64,000 nt of DNA from an uncultured delta proteobacterium (GTDB lineage Bacteria > Desulfobacterota > Binatia > UBA9968). The stretch's first letter is position 1, and every line of letters starts with the position of its first letter. The position numbers and the translations under genes were made by a program. The stretch spans positions 416,001-480,000 of the forward strand of contig CAVYTU010000015.1 in assembly GCA_963771465.1 (NCBI GenBank), given 5' to 3'. Shown piece by piece: positions 19,483 through 31,471 of this stretch. The notes below the pieces were generated by a model, which saw only the letters and a program-made list of their open reading frames with translations, made no database searches and was not told the origin of the DNA.

Positions 19483-20255
19483 TCAAATACGAAAAAGATC
19501 TTTGACGTTCTCTGAGGTCACTCGCGCCACCTCCTCCAATTCAAGGCCTTTCACTTTAGCGATGGTCTCGGCAACGAAGCGCACGTAGGCGGGCTCGTTG
19601 CGTTTGCCGCGATGGGGAACTGGCGTAAGATAAGGCGAGTCAGTTTCAACGAAGATTCTTTCCAGCGGCACTTTGCGCACAACCTCGCGCAAGGGTTCGG
19701 CATTTTTGAAAGTAATGATGCCGGTGAAAGAAAGATAAAATCCCAGGTCAAGATAAGCCGACGCCGCTTCGTAGTTGCCGGTGAAGCAATGAATGACACC
19801 GCGCAGTTTCCCCGCTCCTTCGCTGCGTAGCAAGTCCTCGGCTTGCTTGGCCGCGTCGCGCTCGTGGACGACGATCGGCAACTCCGTTTCGCGCGCCATG
19901 TGGATGAATTGAGCGAAAACCCGCCGCTGCACTTCATGCGGCGAGTGATTGTAATAATAGTCCAGGCCGGTCTCGCCGACCGCAACAACTTTCGGGCTCG
20001 AAGCCAATTCCCTGAGCGACTTCAGTTCGTCCACGCCGACATCTTTGGCGTCATGGGGATGCATGCCGACGGTGGCATATACATTTTCGAACTGAGCCGC
20101 CAAAGCCACCGCTTCGGTTGTTGCTCGACATATCGCCGGCGCCGCCGACGGCGATGATCGTCTCGACGCCGGCTTCGCGCTGCGCGCGCAATCACGGCCT
20201 CGGTTTCACCGGCGTATTCTTTGCCCTGGATATGAGCGTGGCTGTCGATCAGCAT
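19483..20255 (-). CDS. tatD: TatD-family hydrolase (frameshifted)
   Basis: LIDSHAH, GMHPH, GETGLDY, VHER, IHCF and ETDSPY motifs. Confidence 0.92.
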
Positions 20256-20329
20256 GCTAACTGGAGTAGCTGGTTCTTGGGTCGGTCTCAGTGCGTCACA
20301 AAACTTTAGGTGAATTAGTTCCAACTTTA

Positions 20330-22852
<2,523 letters not shown>

Positions 22853-22853
<1 letters not shown>

Positions 22854-23488
22854 TAAAAGACTTCCTCGTCGACGATTTTTTGAATATCACGGGTTACTGG
22901 TTCAACCGCTTGCGCGCCGTCAATGACTCGGAAGCGCGCCGGCTCGGCGCGCGCCATGGTGAGAAAGCCGGCGCGTATTTTTTCGTGAAACTCGATTTTC
23001 TCACGCTCAAAGCGGTCTTGGCGCGGCTGTCCGGCCACGCTTCCCCGCTGATTCGTACGCGCCAGCCCGAGCGCCACCGGACAATCCAGTAAGAACGTCA
23101 AATCAGGTCTTACACCATCATCCGCGATCTCGTTAAACTGGCGCAAGATTTTGACATCGAAGCCGCGGCCATATCCCTGATAAGCCACCGTCGAATCGGT
23201 AAAGCGATCGCAGAGAACGATCTTGCCAGCGTCAACCGCGGGTTTAATGACTTCGCGCACGTGCTGCGCCCGGTCAGCCAGATAAAGAAACAGTTCGGTA
23301 GACGGCGCGATCTCATGGTCGCCGACTTCCAAGAGCACTTGGCGAATCAGTTTGCCCAGCGACGTTCCGCCCGGCTCGCAGGTGACCACGCACGAGCGCC
23401 CGCGGCGGATCAGGTAATTTTCCAGGGCGCGAATCTGCGTGCTCTTGCCGGTGCCGTCGCCGCCTTCAAAGCTAACGAACCGAATCAT
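22853..23488 (-). CDS. tmk: Thymidylate kinase
   Basis: FEGGDGTGKST, EPGG, ADRAQH and CDRFTDSTVAYQG motifs. Confidence 0.96.
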
Positions 23489-23588
23489 TATAAATGAGAA
23501 TGAAGAAAACCGAGGGAAGATGCAAATCGCGAAAACCAACCGGCGGCGAACTCAGGCAAGCTACGGAGAAGAACCTGTGGCGACCCGA

Positions 23589-23972
23589 TTAGGCTTTGGC
23601 CTCGCCGAGTAGCAAATTGATACCGTTAACCAGCTGGGTGCTGGTAAAAGGTTTGGTGATGTAATAGTCGGCGCCTAGCTTATAGCCGCCTAACACATCT
23701 TCGTACTGTACCTTCGCGGTGAGCAGGATCACGGGAATGGTCGCGGTTTCGGTTTTACCTTTGAGCCGGGTGAGCACTTCGAGACCGTCCATCTCAGGCA
23801 TCATAATGTCCAAGATGATCAAGTCGGATTTATGGTCGGGCAGCATGTTGAGGAGCTCGGGACCACTTGAAGCGCTGAAGACCGTGTAACCGCGCCCTTC
23901 CAAAATGGTTTTGACGATGGTGATGATGTCCGGGTTATCGTCAACGACCATTATGGTTTTCTTTGTATCCAT
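23589..23972 (-). CDS. Single-domain response regulator
   Basis: VVDD, LDIMMP, LLTA and YITKPF motifs. Confidence 0.92.
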   Translation of the reverse strand: MDTKKTIMVVDDNPDIITIVKTILEGRGYTVFSASSGPELLNMLPDHKSDLIILDIMMPEMDGLEVLTRLKGKTETATIPVILLTAKVQYEDVLGGYKLGADYYITKPFTSTQLVNGINLLLGEAKA

Positions 23973-24129
23973 GCTCACTCCCTCTCGCGCCACGATCACC
24001 TGGTCACAACCTGTCTAATCTCTCAAGTCCTAATAGCCAAAACTTAATCGATTTCGCTCATCTCAACGGCAGTTGCCAAATTTACCATCTTAGTCGCGCA
24101 ATGTAAATTACGGATTTCGCTGAAAATAC

Positions 24130-25305
24130 TCAAGGAGTGACGCTTCGCCAGTAATTCTGGGTAATTAGCGCGGGCAACGCGTCGTAAGTTTGATTGAGAA
24201 TGGACGTTGGGATTAGCGTCGCGGCTTGAGATAGAGATTGTCGGCTAAAAAGTAACTGGAAGGTGCCTTGAATATCCAAAATCGCCTTATTAATGCCTGG
24301 AGTGCCGCTTTCGTTCAGAATCACACCGCCAAGGATCTCTTTGGAACTCGAACCCGTCACCTTGAGACTGATCTCGTTGCCGGTAACAATTACCATCCCC
24401 TCCCAGCGTAAACTGCCAGTCAGAATTAAGTCAGCATTTTTAACGATGAGAATGCCCGCTCCGCTCATGGTTCCCGCCAGCGTTACGCTATCGCCAGTCG
24501 ATGCCAATCCATCGATACAGCGAAGCTGCGGCAGGCTTGCGCTCCCCCAGGTTTGATTTTCATAAATTAACGATCCGGTCAGCGGCACTGCGCTTTGAAT
24601 TGCCGAAGCCTGGCTACAAAGATCGTTGGCGAGCTGGGCCACAACACTCGCTGGCAGATGTTCGCTCTGAGTGATCGCCGGTTCACTGCTTGCGCTATCA
24701 ATAGACTGAGGCGATATCGTGACCGCTGCTTGATTGACTAAATCAATCATCGATTGACCCACAGCCGAAATCCCCGCCCGTGGGCTTGCACCAGCCACGC
24801 CCAGCCCGGTTGACGGATCACGGTCGACGCCTGAGATGAAAATCCCACTACCACTGAGATTCACTCCAGCGGGATTGCCACGCAGAGCGATAGCGCTATC
24901 GGCAAGATCGTAGCTTTTAGTTAGCTGCGCCTGGAGAGTGTGCGAAGATGATCCGAGTGTGCCGACGGAACGAACCACAATTTGCGCTTTCAGCGGGCTT
25001 GTGACCACCGAAGGCAAAAACGAAACCGCGAAGTCTCCTGCGGCAAAACTTTCCGTCCGGTTGGCCGGCGCCGGAGGAAATGCCACAGTGCGGGCAATTT
25101 CATGCTTGCTCCATTCCAAGCCGGCCGCCGCGATATAAAAAGTTTCAGTGCCGCTGCGCAGGTTGGTCAAAATGCGATAGTCGTTGCGCACCATGACCCG
25201 GCTGGCGATACCCACCGTTAGCAGAATCGAAAGGATCGCCAGGGAGGTGAAAAGGATTATGCCCTGCTCACCAAGCCGACGGTTAAAGCCAGGATGCATC
25301 GCCAC
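24130..25305 (-). CDS. PilX-like minor pilin / pilus assembly protein
   Basis: EQG-IILFTSL class III signal, FYIAAAGLE, VRSVG; last gene of the pilin cluster. Confidence 0.7.
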   Translation of the reverse strand: MAMHPGFNRRLGEQGIILFTSLAILSILLTVGIASRVMVRNDYRILTNLRSGTETFYIAAAGLEWSKHEIARTVAFPPAPANRTESFAAGDFAVSFLPSVVTSPLKAQIVVRSVGTLGSSSHTLQAQLTKSYDLADSAIALRGNPAGVNLSGSGIFISGVDRDPSTGLGVAGASPRAGISAVGQSMIDLVNQAAVTISPQSIDSASSEPAITQSEHLPASVVAQLANDLCSQASAIQSAVPLTGSLIYENQTWGSASLPQLRCIDGLASTGDSVTLAGTMSGAGILIVKNADLILTGSLRWEGMVIVTGNEISLKVTGSSSKEILGGVILNESGTPGINKAILDIQGTFQLLFSRQSLSQAATLIPTSILNQTYDALPALITQNYWRSVTP

Positions 25306-25310
25306 GCTCG

Positions 25311-25964
25311 CTAGTTACGAAACTCTACGCTACTCGACAACATCGAGGTCAAGTTGCCGCCGAATCGTGGGTCAGGATTTTTGACTTGAACGGCGAAGGC
25401 GATCCGAACAAGCTTAATCGCCGCAGCTGGCGGCGCGTTGCCGAGGTCGTTACCGTCAGCATCGTAGTAACTGAACAGCTTCCCCGCGCTCGATGGTACC
25501 ACGTTCGCCACCAAGCAATCGCCATTGCGCCGAATGATCTGTGCGCCGGGGCAAGTCGACGTCGGACCGGTAAGCTCGTAGCGAATACTCTCGCGCGGTT
25601 CGAGGTCGGCGCAATTGCCATTGCCGTTGAGATCCATTTGCACGTGAATCAAGCCGGCCCCAGCCGCGTAAACCCGATTGCAGACGCTATCGGCGTCTTG
25701 ATCCGGATCGTCGACGCCGCCGGCTTCGACTGGCGCGCTGCCGCCTTCCCACGAACCGGCGTTTTTGAGTTCGCGCAGCATGATGTCCAACGCGCCGCGA
25801 GCATCCTCCAAAGTCCCGGTCTTGGTTTCAACAGCCATGAGTTGATAGAGATTGCTACGAAAATAGCCGTACAAAGATGTAATCATCACCGAGCCGAGCA
25901 ACAACGCGACCAGCTGTTCGATGAGCGTCACGCCGGCGTTCGCGCGAAATCGTCGGCTCATCAT
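25311..25964 (-). CDS. PilW-like minor pilin
   Basis: AG-VTLIEQLVAL prepilin motif; ARGALDIMLRELKNAG. Confidence 0.8.
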   Translation of the reverse strand: MMSRRFRANAGVTLIEQLVALLLGSVMITSLYGYFRSNLYQLMAVETKTGTLEDARGALDIMLRELKNAGSWEGGSAPVEAGGVDDPDQDADSVCNRVYAAGAGLIHVQMDLNGNGNCADLEPRESIRYELTGPTSTCPGAQIIRRNGDCLVANVVPSSAGKLFSYYDADGNDLGNAPPAAAIKLVRIAFAVQVKNPDPRFGGNLTSMLSSSVEFRN

Positions 25965-26374
25965 TACTCGCCGCTATACCTTAACGATGATAGCGTCACT
26001 TGATGAGCGCTGTGATCGCGCCACGATACCGTAACATCGAGCTGTTTGAGGTCACCTCCGAGTGCCGATGGCATCACTCGCCAGCAGCGATCGAAAATTC
26101 CCGGAGCTTTGCCCGTCGGCGAGATACCGTGGTCGCCGCCGCTCGGGCAAAGATCGCCATCCGGTAAATTTTTACGCGCCAGTAATTCTTCAATCTTGTC
26201 CTGAGCTAAGTGGATGGCGACCGTCGAGTGGTCGCCGACGGTTTGGCGTCGTAGCACGTCGAAGCTGCTGAGCGAGTATCCAAACACCGCGACGACGACG
26301 ATATTCATCGCCACTAAAAGTTCGTTGAACGTAAAGCCGGCTTGTCCTCCGCAGAATCTTCTTTGCAATGTCAT
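25964..26374 (-). CDS. PilV-like minor pilin
   Basis: AG-FTFNELLVAM; AIHLAQDKIEEL; VTVSW. Confidence 0.8.
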   Translation of the reverse strand: MTLQRRFCGGQAGFTFNELLVAMNIVVVAVFGYSLSSFDVLRRQTVGDHSTVAIHLAQDKIEELLARKNLPDGDLCPSGGDHGISPTGKAPGIFDRCWRVMPSALGGDLKQLDVTVSWRDHSAHQVTLSSLRYSGE

Positions 26375-26376
26375 GG

Positions 26377-26865
26377 CTAACAATCCAGTGCGCAGTTGTT
26401 AGGCGTGCAAACCCGCACCCGGCCAGTGGCGCTGACAACGATCTGCCGGCACTTGCCATCGGCGCTACCTAGCCGCACCCGATTGGCGCTCGCCGTACCG
26501 CGCGGTGAGAACGAAATCGTTCCCGCTTTTGCAATCGTGGTTCCGTCGGCTAATGGCTTGCTCACCAGCGTCTTGCCATCGCGTTGAATCGTATAGGCAT
26601 TGGCGCTCTGCAAATAGGCGAATTGATAACCGATGTTTTCGGCGGCCGCACGCATCTTGATCTCGTGCAGTTCAGACTGCACCTGGCGGGTCGAATTGTT
26701 TAGCGAGTAATACGAAAACCAGCCGCGCCAGTTGGGTAGAGCCATGGCGACCACCATCCCCATGATGGCCACGCCGGTAAGCAGTTCGATGGCCGAAAAC
26801 CCATCTTTTGTGTGCGCACTCCACAAGGGCCCCTCCGAGAGAAGGGGCGAACATACTGCCGCCAA
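26377..26865 (-). CDS. FimT/GspH-like minor pilin
   Basis: DG-FSAIELL; ISFSPRG; IVVSATGRVR. Confidence 0.8.
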   Translation of the reverse strand: MAAVCSPLLSEGPLWSAHTKDGFSAIELLTGVAIMGMVVAMALPNWRGWFSYYSLNNSTRQVQSELHEIKMRAAAENIGYQFAYLQSANAYTIQRDGKTLVSKPLADGTTIAKAGTISFSPRGTASANRVRLGSADGKCRQIVVSATGRVRVCTPNNCALDC

Positions 26866-26937
26866 GAACCACGTGTCAAGGGCAATGAGAAAAAGTCAGT
26901 GCAGCAGAAATGGCAACAGATTTTTACGGCAATCCTC

Positions 26938-26977
26938 AAAAAAAATGCCCCGCACGGTGCGAGACCGTGCAGGGCGT
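26938..26977 (-). terminator. Intrinsic terminator of the cupin gene
   Basis: GCCC.GCACGGT / ACCGTGC.GGGC hairpin with a T8 tail on the minus strand. Confidence 0.85.
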
Positions 26978-27001
26978 TGAAGAAATAAACTTTGATTAGG
27001 C

Positions 27002-28096
27002 TTAGGCTGGCCGCTTGTAAAAATCCGGATTCATCTTAGTCGTCGTGCCGGACTTGGCCAGCTCTTCTTCGAACATCTTGCGGATATTTGGATTCTCGTC
27101 GAAATACTCGATCTGATTGCCGCCCGCCTTTACGTCCTTGTCGACCTTGGTGATATCGCCAAAGCCCTCGCCCAAACTGTACTTGATGCCGCCCAGTCTT
27201 GGCGGCAGATAGCGCGCCCCAGTAGCGCCAGTATTAAAGTGCTGGTGCCACATCATTGCCGGCGGAGTAAAAACGCTACCGTCCTGCCAATCATAACGTT
27301 TGGGCTCTTCGCCCTGGCGCCAAAACATCGAAAAGCCTTTGCCTTTGATGATGATGACGTTGAAACCGGGTCCGTGGCGGTGCGCTTTCTTGTAAGTGCC
27401 GACGGGAAATTCCGAGATATGCGCCGCCATCGAGCCGTTGGCCATCTCCAACATGACGTTTTTTCCCCCGCCACCACGCTCAACCCAATCTTCGAGCGCA
27501 AAACTGCGCGCGTCGGCGATGAAATTGGTATCCCAAACCCGGCCCGGATAGGCTTTGCCCTTGCCGCTAAAATATTCCGGATCGCCGTCGAAGCGGTCGG
27601 AGAAATCGCGCGGCGTGTGGAAAACAAAATCCTCGTTGTGAAACAAGTTGAAGACAATCGGCGCGCTGTTGACGGAGAAAAATCGTGCCGGCTCGTCGCC
27701 GGAACCGTTAAAGTGCTGATAGGTACAATTAAGCGGCAAAGCGAAGAGACTGCCGTCATGCCATTCAAACGTTTGCTTGGCACCCTTATCGTTCCAAATC
27801 GTCGTTGCGCCGCGTCCTTTGAGCACGAAGTGCAAATCCTCATAGAGATGCTTCATCGGATTGAGCTGCTTACCAGCAGGAATCTCGCTGACGTAAGCGC
27901 CCGTGGCGCCTTCCGCGCCTTCCATATTGATAAACGCGCCGCTACCACCGATGCGCGCCCAAGGTTTGAGTTCGACCTTTTTTAAGTCCTGGACGAAAAA
28001 GGTTTTCAGGATGGGAATCCCTTCACCCAGCTGCCACTTGTCATAGTAGGGGATATTATCCATCACCTCATCTAACTGCGTTGCCGGTTTAGACAT
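27002..28096 (-). CDS. Bicupin protein (gentisate-dioxygenase-like fold), function unknown
   Basis: Two cupin motifs: KHLYED...G.G.T / YQHFN and KAHRHGPG / WHQHFNTG. Confidence 0.8.
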   Translation of the reverse strand: MSKPATQLDEVMDNIPYYDKWQLGEGIPILKTFFVQDLKKVELKPWARIGGSGAFINMEGAEGATGAYVSEIPAGKQLNPMKHLYEDLHFVLKGRGATTIWNDKGAKQTFEWHDGSLFALPLNCTYQHFNGSGDEPARFFSVNSAPIVFNLFHNEDFVFHTPRDFSDRFDGDPEYFSGKGKAYPGRVWDTNFIADARSFALEDWVERGGGGKNVMLEMANGSMAAHISEFPVGTYKKAHRHGPGFNVIIIKGKGFSMFWRQGEEPKRYDWQDGSVFTPPAMMWHQHFNTGATGARYLPPRLGGIKYSLGEGFGDITKVDKDVKAGGNQIEYFDENPNIRKMFEEELAKSGTTTKMNPDFYKRPA

Positions 28097-28295
28097 AATT
28101 TTCCTCCGAAATATCTATCACGTACTTATCGTATACCTTGGGTAAACGCAAGATTACGACCGCCGGCTCGATCGCATTCGAAGCCCCGAGAGGGTCGTCA
28201 AAAATTCTGACAGGGATCGCATAGTGCATTGACTTTGAAGGGGAAACTCTTCTAAATGGCGGCTAAGTAACATTCTGGCCGAAGGAGTAACCGTC

Positions 28296-28511
28296 TTGGC
28301 GACAACCGTTGAAGCCCCCATGGTAGGCAAGATTTTGAAAATTGAAAAAAACGTTGGCGATCACGTGGACGAGGACGACGTCGTGATCGTCATGGAAGCG
28401 ATGAAGATGGAGATCCCGATCGTTGCACCGGCAAGTGGCACTGTCAAAGAAATCAAAGTGTCTGCCGGTCAAGCCGTGGAAGCCGAACAAGCGCTCGCGA
28501 TTATCGAATAG
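28296..28511 (+). CDS. Biotin carboxyl carrier subunit
   Basis: APMVGKI and EAMKME biotinylation motif; SD AGGAG before a TTG start. Confidence 0.92.
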   Translation: MATTVEAPMVGKILKIEKNVGDHVDEDDVVIVMEAMKMEIPIVAPASGTVKEIKVSAGQAVEAEQALAIIE

Positions 28512-28560
28512 GCCCGCAAGCCGTCTCACCCGTTCGCTGCTACATACTCGAGGAAAACCG

Positions 28561-28707
28561 ATGGACACATGGACGTTCGGCTGGACGCTGGCGTTGATCG
28601 GCATGGGCGGAACCATGCTGGTCCTTTGGCTGCTGAGCCTGCTCATTTTATTAATTAAGAAAATCTTCCCGCACCAGCCCGAACCCGCGGCAGCTAAGAA
28701 AGGCTAG
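28561..28707 (+). CDS. oadG: OadG-like small membrane subunit
   Basis: Single TM ALIGMGGTMLVLWLL between the BCCP and beta-subunit genes. Confidence 0.75.
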   Translation: MDTWTFGWTLALIGMGGTMLVLWLLSLLILLIKKIFPHQPEPAAAKKG

Positions 28708-28716
28708 CGTCACCGC

Positions 28717-29865
28717 ATGGAGTCTGCTCTCGTTAATGGCATCCAGGGTCTGTTTCTCGGCGTCATGAACATCGGCATCGGCCAAGTGATCATGATCGCA
28801 GCCGCTTGTGTGCTGCTTTATCTCGGCATTAAGAAAGGCTACGAACCGCTCCTTTTGGTGCCCATCGGATTCGGCGCGATCTTGGTCAATATCCCAGAGG
28901 CGAACATGATGGCCGAAGGAGGCTTTCTGCGCTTCTTTTACGACGCCGGCGTGCGCACTGAAATATTTCCACTGTTGATCTTCATCGGCATAGGCGCCAT
29001 GACCGACTTTCAACCGCTCTTGCAGAACCCGAAAATAATTCTGCTCGGCGCGGCCGGGCAGTTCGGCATCTTTATTACTCTGCTGCTCGCCTTGGCTCTG
29101 GGCTTCGACAAACTCGACGCCGTCGCAGTCGCGGTGATCGGCGCATGCGATGGGCCGACGGCGATCTATGTCAGTTCGAAATTTGCTCCCCACATGCTCG
29201 GCGCCGTCTCGGTTGCCGCCTACTCTTACATGTCCTTGGTGCCGCTGATTCAACCGCCGATCATGCGCGTCCTGACCACCGAGAAGGAACGACAAATCGT
29301 CATGGGCGCGGCGAAACTGGATCCGATCTCGAAAACCACCAGAATTGTCTTCCCCATCGCGGTGACGATCTTCGCGTCGATCCTCGCGCCCAAAGGCGCG
29401 CCCTTGATCGGCACGGTCATGCTCGGCAACTTGCTGCGCGAATGCGGCGTGGTGGAACGCTTAAAGAGCGCTTCGGAAAATGAGATCGCCAATATCGTCA
29501 CCTTGCTGCTCGGTTTGTGCATCGGCGCGACCATGGAAGCGGATAAATTTCTCAAAGCGCAGACCCTGCTGGTTCTACTGCTCGGCTTCATCGCCATCAG
29601 CCTCGACACCGCGGTCGGAATTCTGTTCGGCAAAGCCATGTGTGCCCTCACCGGCGGTAAAATCAATCCGTTGATCGGCGCCGCCGGCATTTCAGCGTTT
29701 CCCATGTCGGCCCGCGTGGTCCAAGCCGAGGGGCAAAAATACAACAAAAAAAGTTATCTGCTCATGCACGCCATGAGCGCCAACGCCGGTGGTCAGATCG
29801 GCTCGGTCATCGCCGCCGCCGTGATGCTCTCAGTGTTGCAAGGCATGGGTATCGTCGGCGGATAA
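28717..29865 (+). CDS. oadB: Na+-translocating decarboxylase beta subunit
   Basis: EPLLLVPIGFG, GAMTDF, GAAGQFGIF, IGACDGPT, AAYSYM, GAAGISAFPMSAR and HAMSAN.GGQIGS motifs. Confidence 0.95.
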   Translation: MESALVNGIQGLFLGVMNIGIGQVIMIAAACVLLYLGIKKGYEPLLLVPIGFGAILVNIPEANMMAEGGFLRFFYDAGVRTEIFPLLIFIGIGAMTDFQPLLQNPKIILLGAAGQFGIFITLLLALALGFDKLDAVAVAVIGACDGPTAIYVSSKFAPHMLGAVSVAAYSYMSLVPLIQPPIMRVLTTEKERQIVMGAAKLDPISKTTRIVFPIAVTIFASILAPKGAPLIGTVMLGNLLRECGVVERLKSASENEIANIVTLLLGLCIGATMEADKFLKAQTLLVLLLGFIAISLDTAVGILFGKAMCALTGGKINPLIGAAGISAFPMSARVVQAEGQKYNKKSYLLMHAMSANAGGQIGSVIAAAVMLSVLQGMGIVGG

Positions 29866-29878
29866 GGCAGGTGCGACC

Positions 29879-31432
29879 ATGGCGCAATCACGCGAAGAAT
29901 TAGCAAAAAAACTCTCCGGCCAAGAACAAAAGGTCATCGCCGGCGATCCCAAAACCGTCGCCAAGCTGCACGACCAAGGTAACTTAACAGCGCGCGAACG
30001 GGTCGACAAACTTTTAGACGACGGGAGTTTCGTCGAAGAGTTCATGTTGGCGGAAACCCAGTCGACCGACTTCGGCATGGCGGAAAGACGACAGCCGTCG
30101 GACGGCGTGGTCACCGGCTTCGGCAAAATCGACGGCCGGCCGGTCTATGTCTACTCGCAGGACCGCTCGGTGCTCGCCGGTAGCGTCGGCAGCGCCCACG
30201 CGGAAAAAATCGCCTACGTGATTCAGACCGCGCGCAAGCTCGGCGTGCCGGTGATCGGCCTCAACGACTCCGCCGGCGCGCGCATTCAAGAGGGCCTGAC
30301 CGTCACCTCAGCCATCGGCAAAATATTTTTTGAGAATAGCATCGCCTCGGGTTGCGTCCCGCAGATCTCGGCGATCATGGGCCCCTGCATCGGCGTCGGC
30401 TCCTACTCGCCGGCGCTGACCGATTTCATTCTGCAAGTACAAAATACCAGTCAGATGTTCATCACCGGTCCGGCGGTGATCAAAGAAGTGCTGGGCGAAA
30501 CGGTGACCATGGAAGAATTGGGCGGCGCCAAGATTCACTCCGAAGTTTCCGGCGTCACCGATCTGGTCGCCAAGAACGACGACGAGTGTCTGGCTGCGAT
30601 TCGCAAGCTCATGGGCTTTCTGCCAGCGAACTTCGAGCAACTTCCGCCGCGCAAAGAAACTAAAGACGATCCGGCACGCGCGCTCGAAACACTGGAAAAA
30701 ATCGTTCCCGAAGACACCAAGCGCGCCTATAACATTGTCCAAGTGATCAAAGCCATCGTCGACGACGGCGATTTTTTTGAGCTGAAAGCGAAGTTCGCGC
30801 GCAATCTGGTGATCGGCTTTGGCCGCCTCGACGGCTATCCGGTGGGCTTCGTCGCCAACCAGCCAATGTTTCTCGCCGGCAGCTTGGATGTCGACGCGTC
30901 GGACAAAGCGGCACGCTTTATTCGTTTCTGCGATGCCTTCAACATTCCGATCATCACGCTGATGGATGTGCCGGGCTTTTTCCCCGGCAAACAGCAAGAA
31001 GAAAAAGGCATCATCCGCCACGGCGCCAAAATGCTTTATGCCTACGCCGAGGCGACCGTGCCCAAGATCACCGTGGTACTGCGCAAAGGTTACGGCGGCG
31101 CCAAGCAGGCGCTTTGTACTCGTGAAATGGGCGCTGACCAGCTATTGGTTTGGCCGGGCGTGGAACTGGCGGTGATGGGCGGCGGTGGCGCGGTCAACGT
31201 TCTCTACAAGCGCGAAATCGAGCAGTCGGCGGACCCAGCCAAGACTAGAGCCGAAAAGATCGCGGAGTATCAGGAGCGCTTCAACGGTCCGTTTGAAGCA
31301 TTAGCAAAACAATTTGCCCAGGCCGCAATCCGTCCGGCGGAAACCCGCAAGCGGCTAATTCAGTGCTTGGAAGTTTTGCGCTTTAAGAAAGAAGAGCGGC
31401 CGCGCAAAAAACATGGCCTCATGCCGGTATGA
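29879..31432 (+). CDS. Acyl-CoA carboxyltransferase (methylmalonyl-CoA decarboxylase alpha-like)
   Basis: TARER, DGVVTG, DSAGARIQEG, DVPGF, GIIRHGAK, RKGYGG and KKHGLMP motifs. Confidence 0.92.
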   Translation: MAQSREELAKKLSGQEQKVIAGDPKTVAKLHDQGNLTARERVDKLLDDGSFVEEFMLAETQSTDFGMAERRQPSDGVVTGFGKIDGRPVYVYSQDRSVLAGSVGSAHAEKIAYVIQTARKLGVPVIGLNDSAGARIQEGLTVTSAIGKIFFENSIASGCVPQISAIMGPCIGVGSYSPALTDFILQVQNTSQMFITGPAVIKEVLGETVTMEELGGAKIHSEVSGVTDLVAKNDDECLAAIRKLMGFLPANFEQLPPRKETKDDPARALETLEKIVPEDTKRAYNIVQVIKAIVDDGDFFELKAKFARNLVIGFGRLDGYPVGFVANQPMFLAGSLDVDASDKAARFIRFCDAFNIPIITLMDVPGFFPGKQQEEKGIIRHGAKMLYAYAEATVPKITVVLRKGYGGAKQALCTREMGADQLLVWPGVELAVMGGGGAVNVLYKREIEQSADPAKTRAEKIAEYQERFNGPFEALAKQFAQAAIRPAETRKRLIQCLEVLRFKKEERPRKKHGLMPV

Positions 31433-31471
31433 TCGAGTCTTGGCCGATGATACTGCTTCGATCCAGTACGA

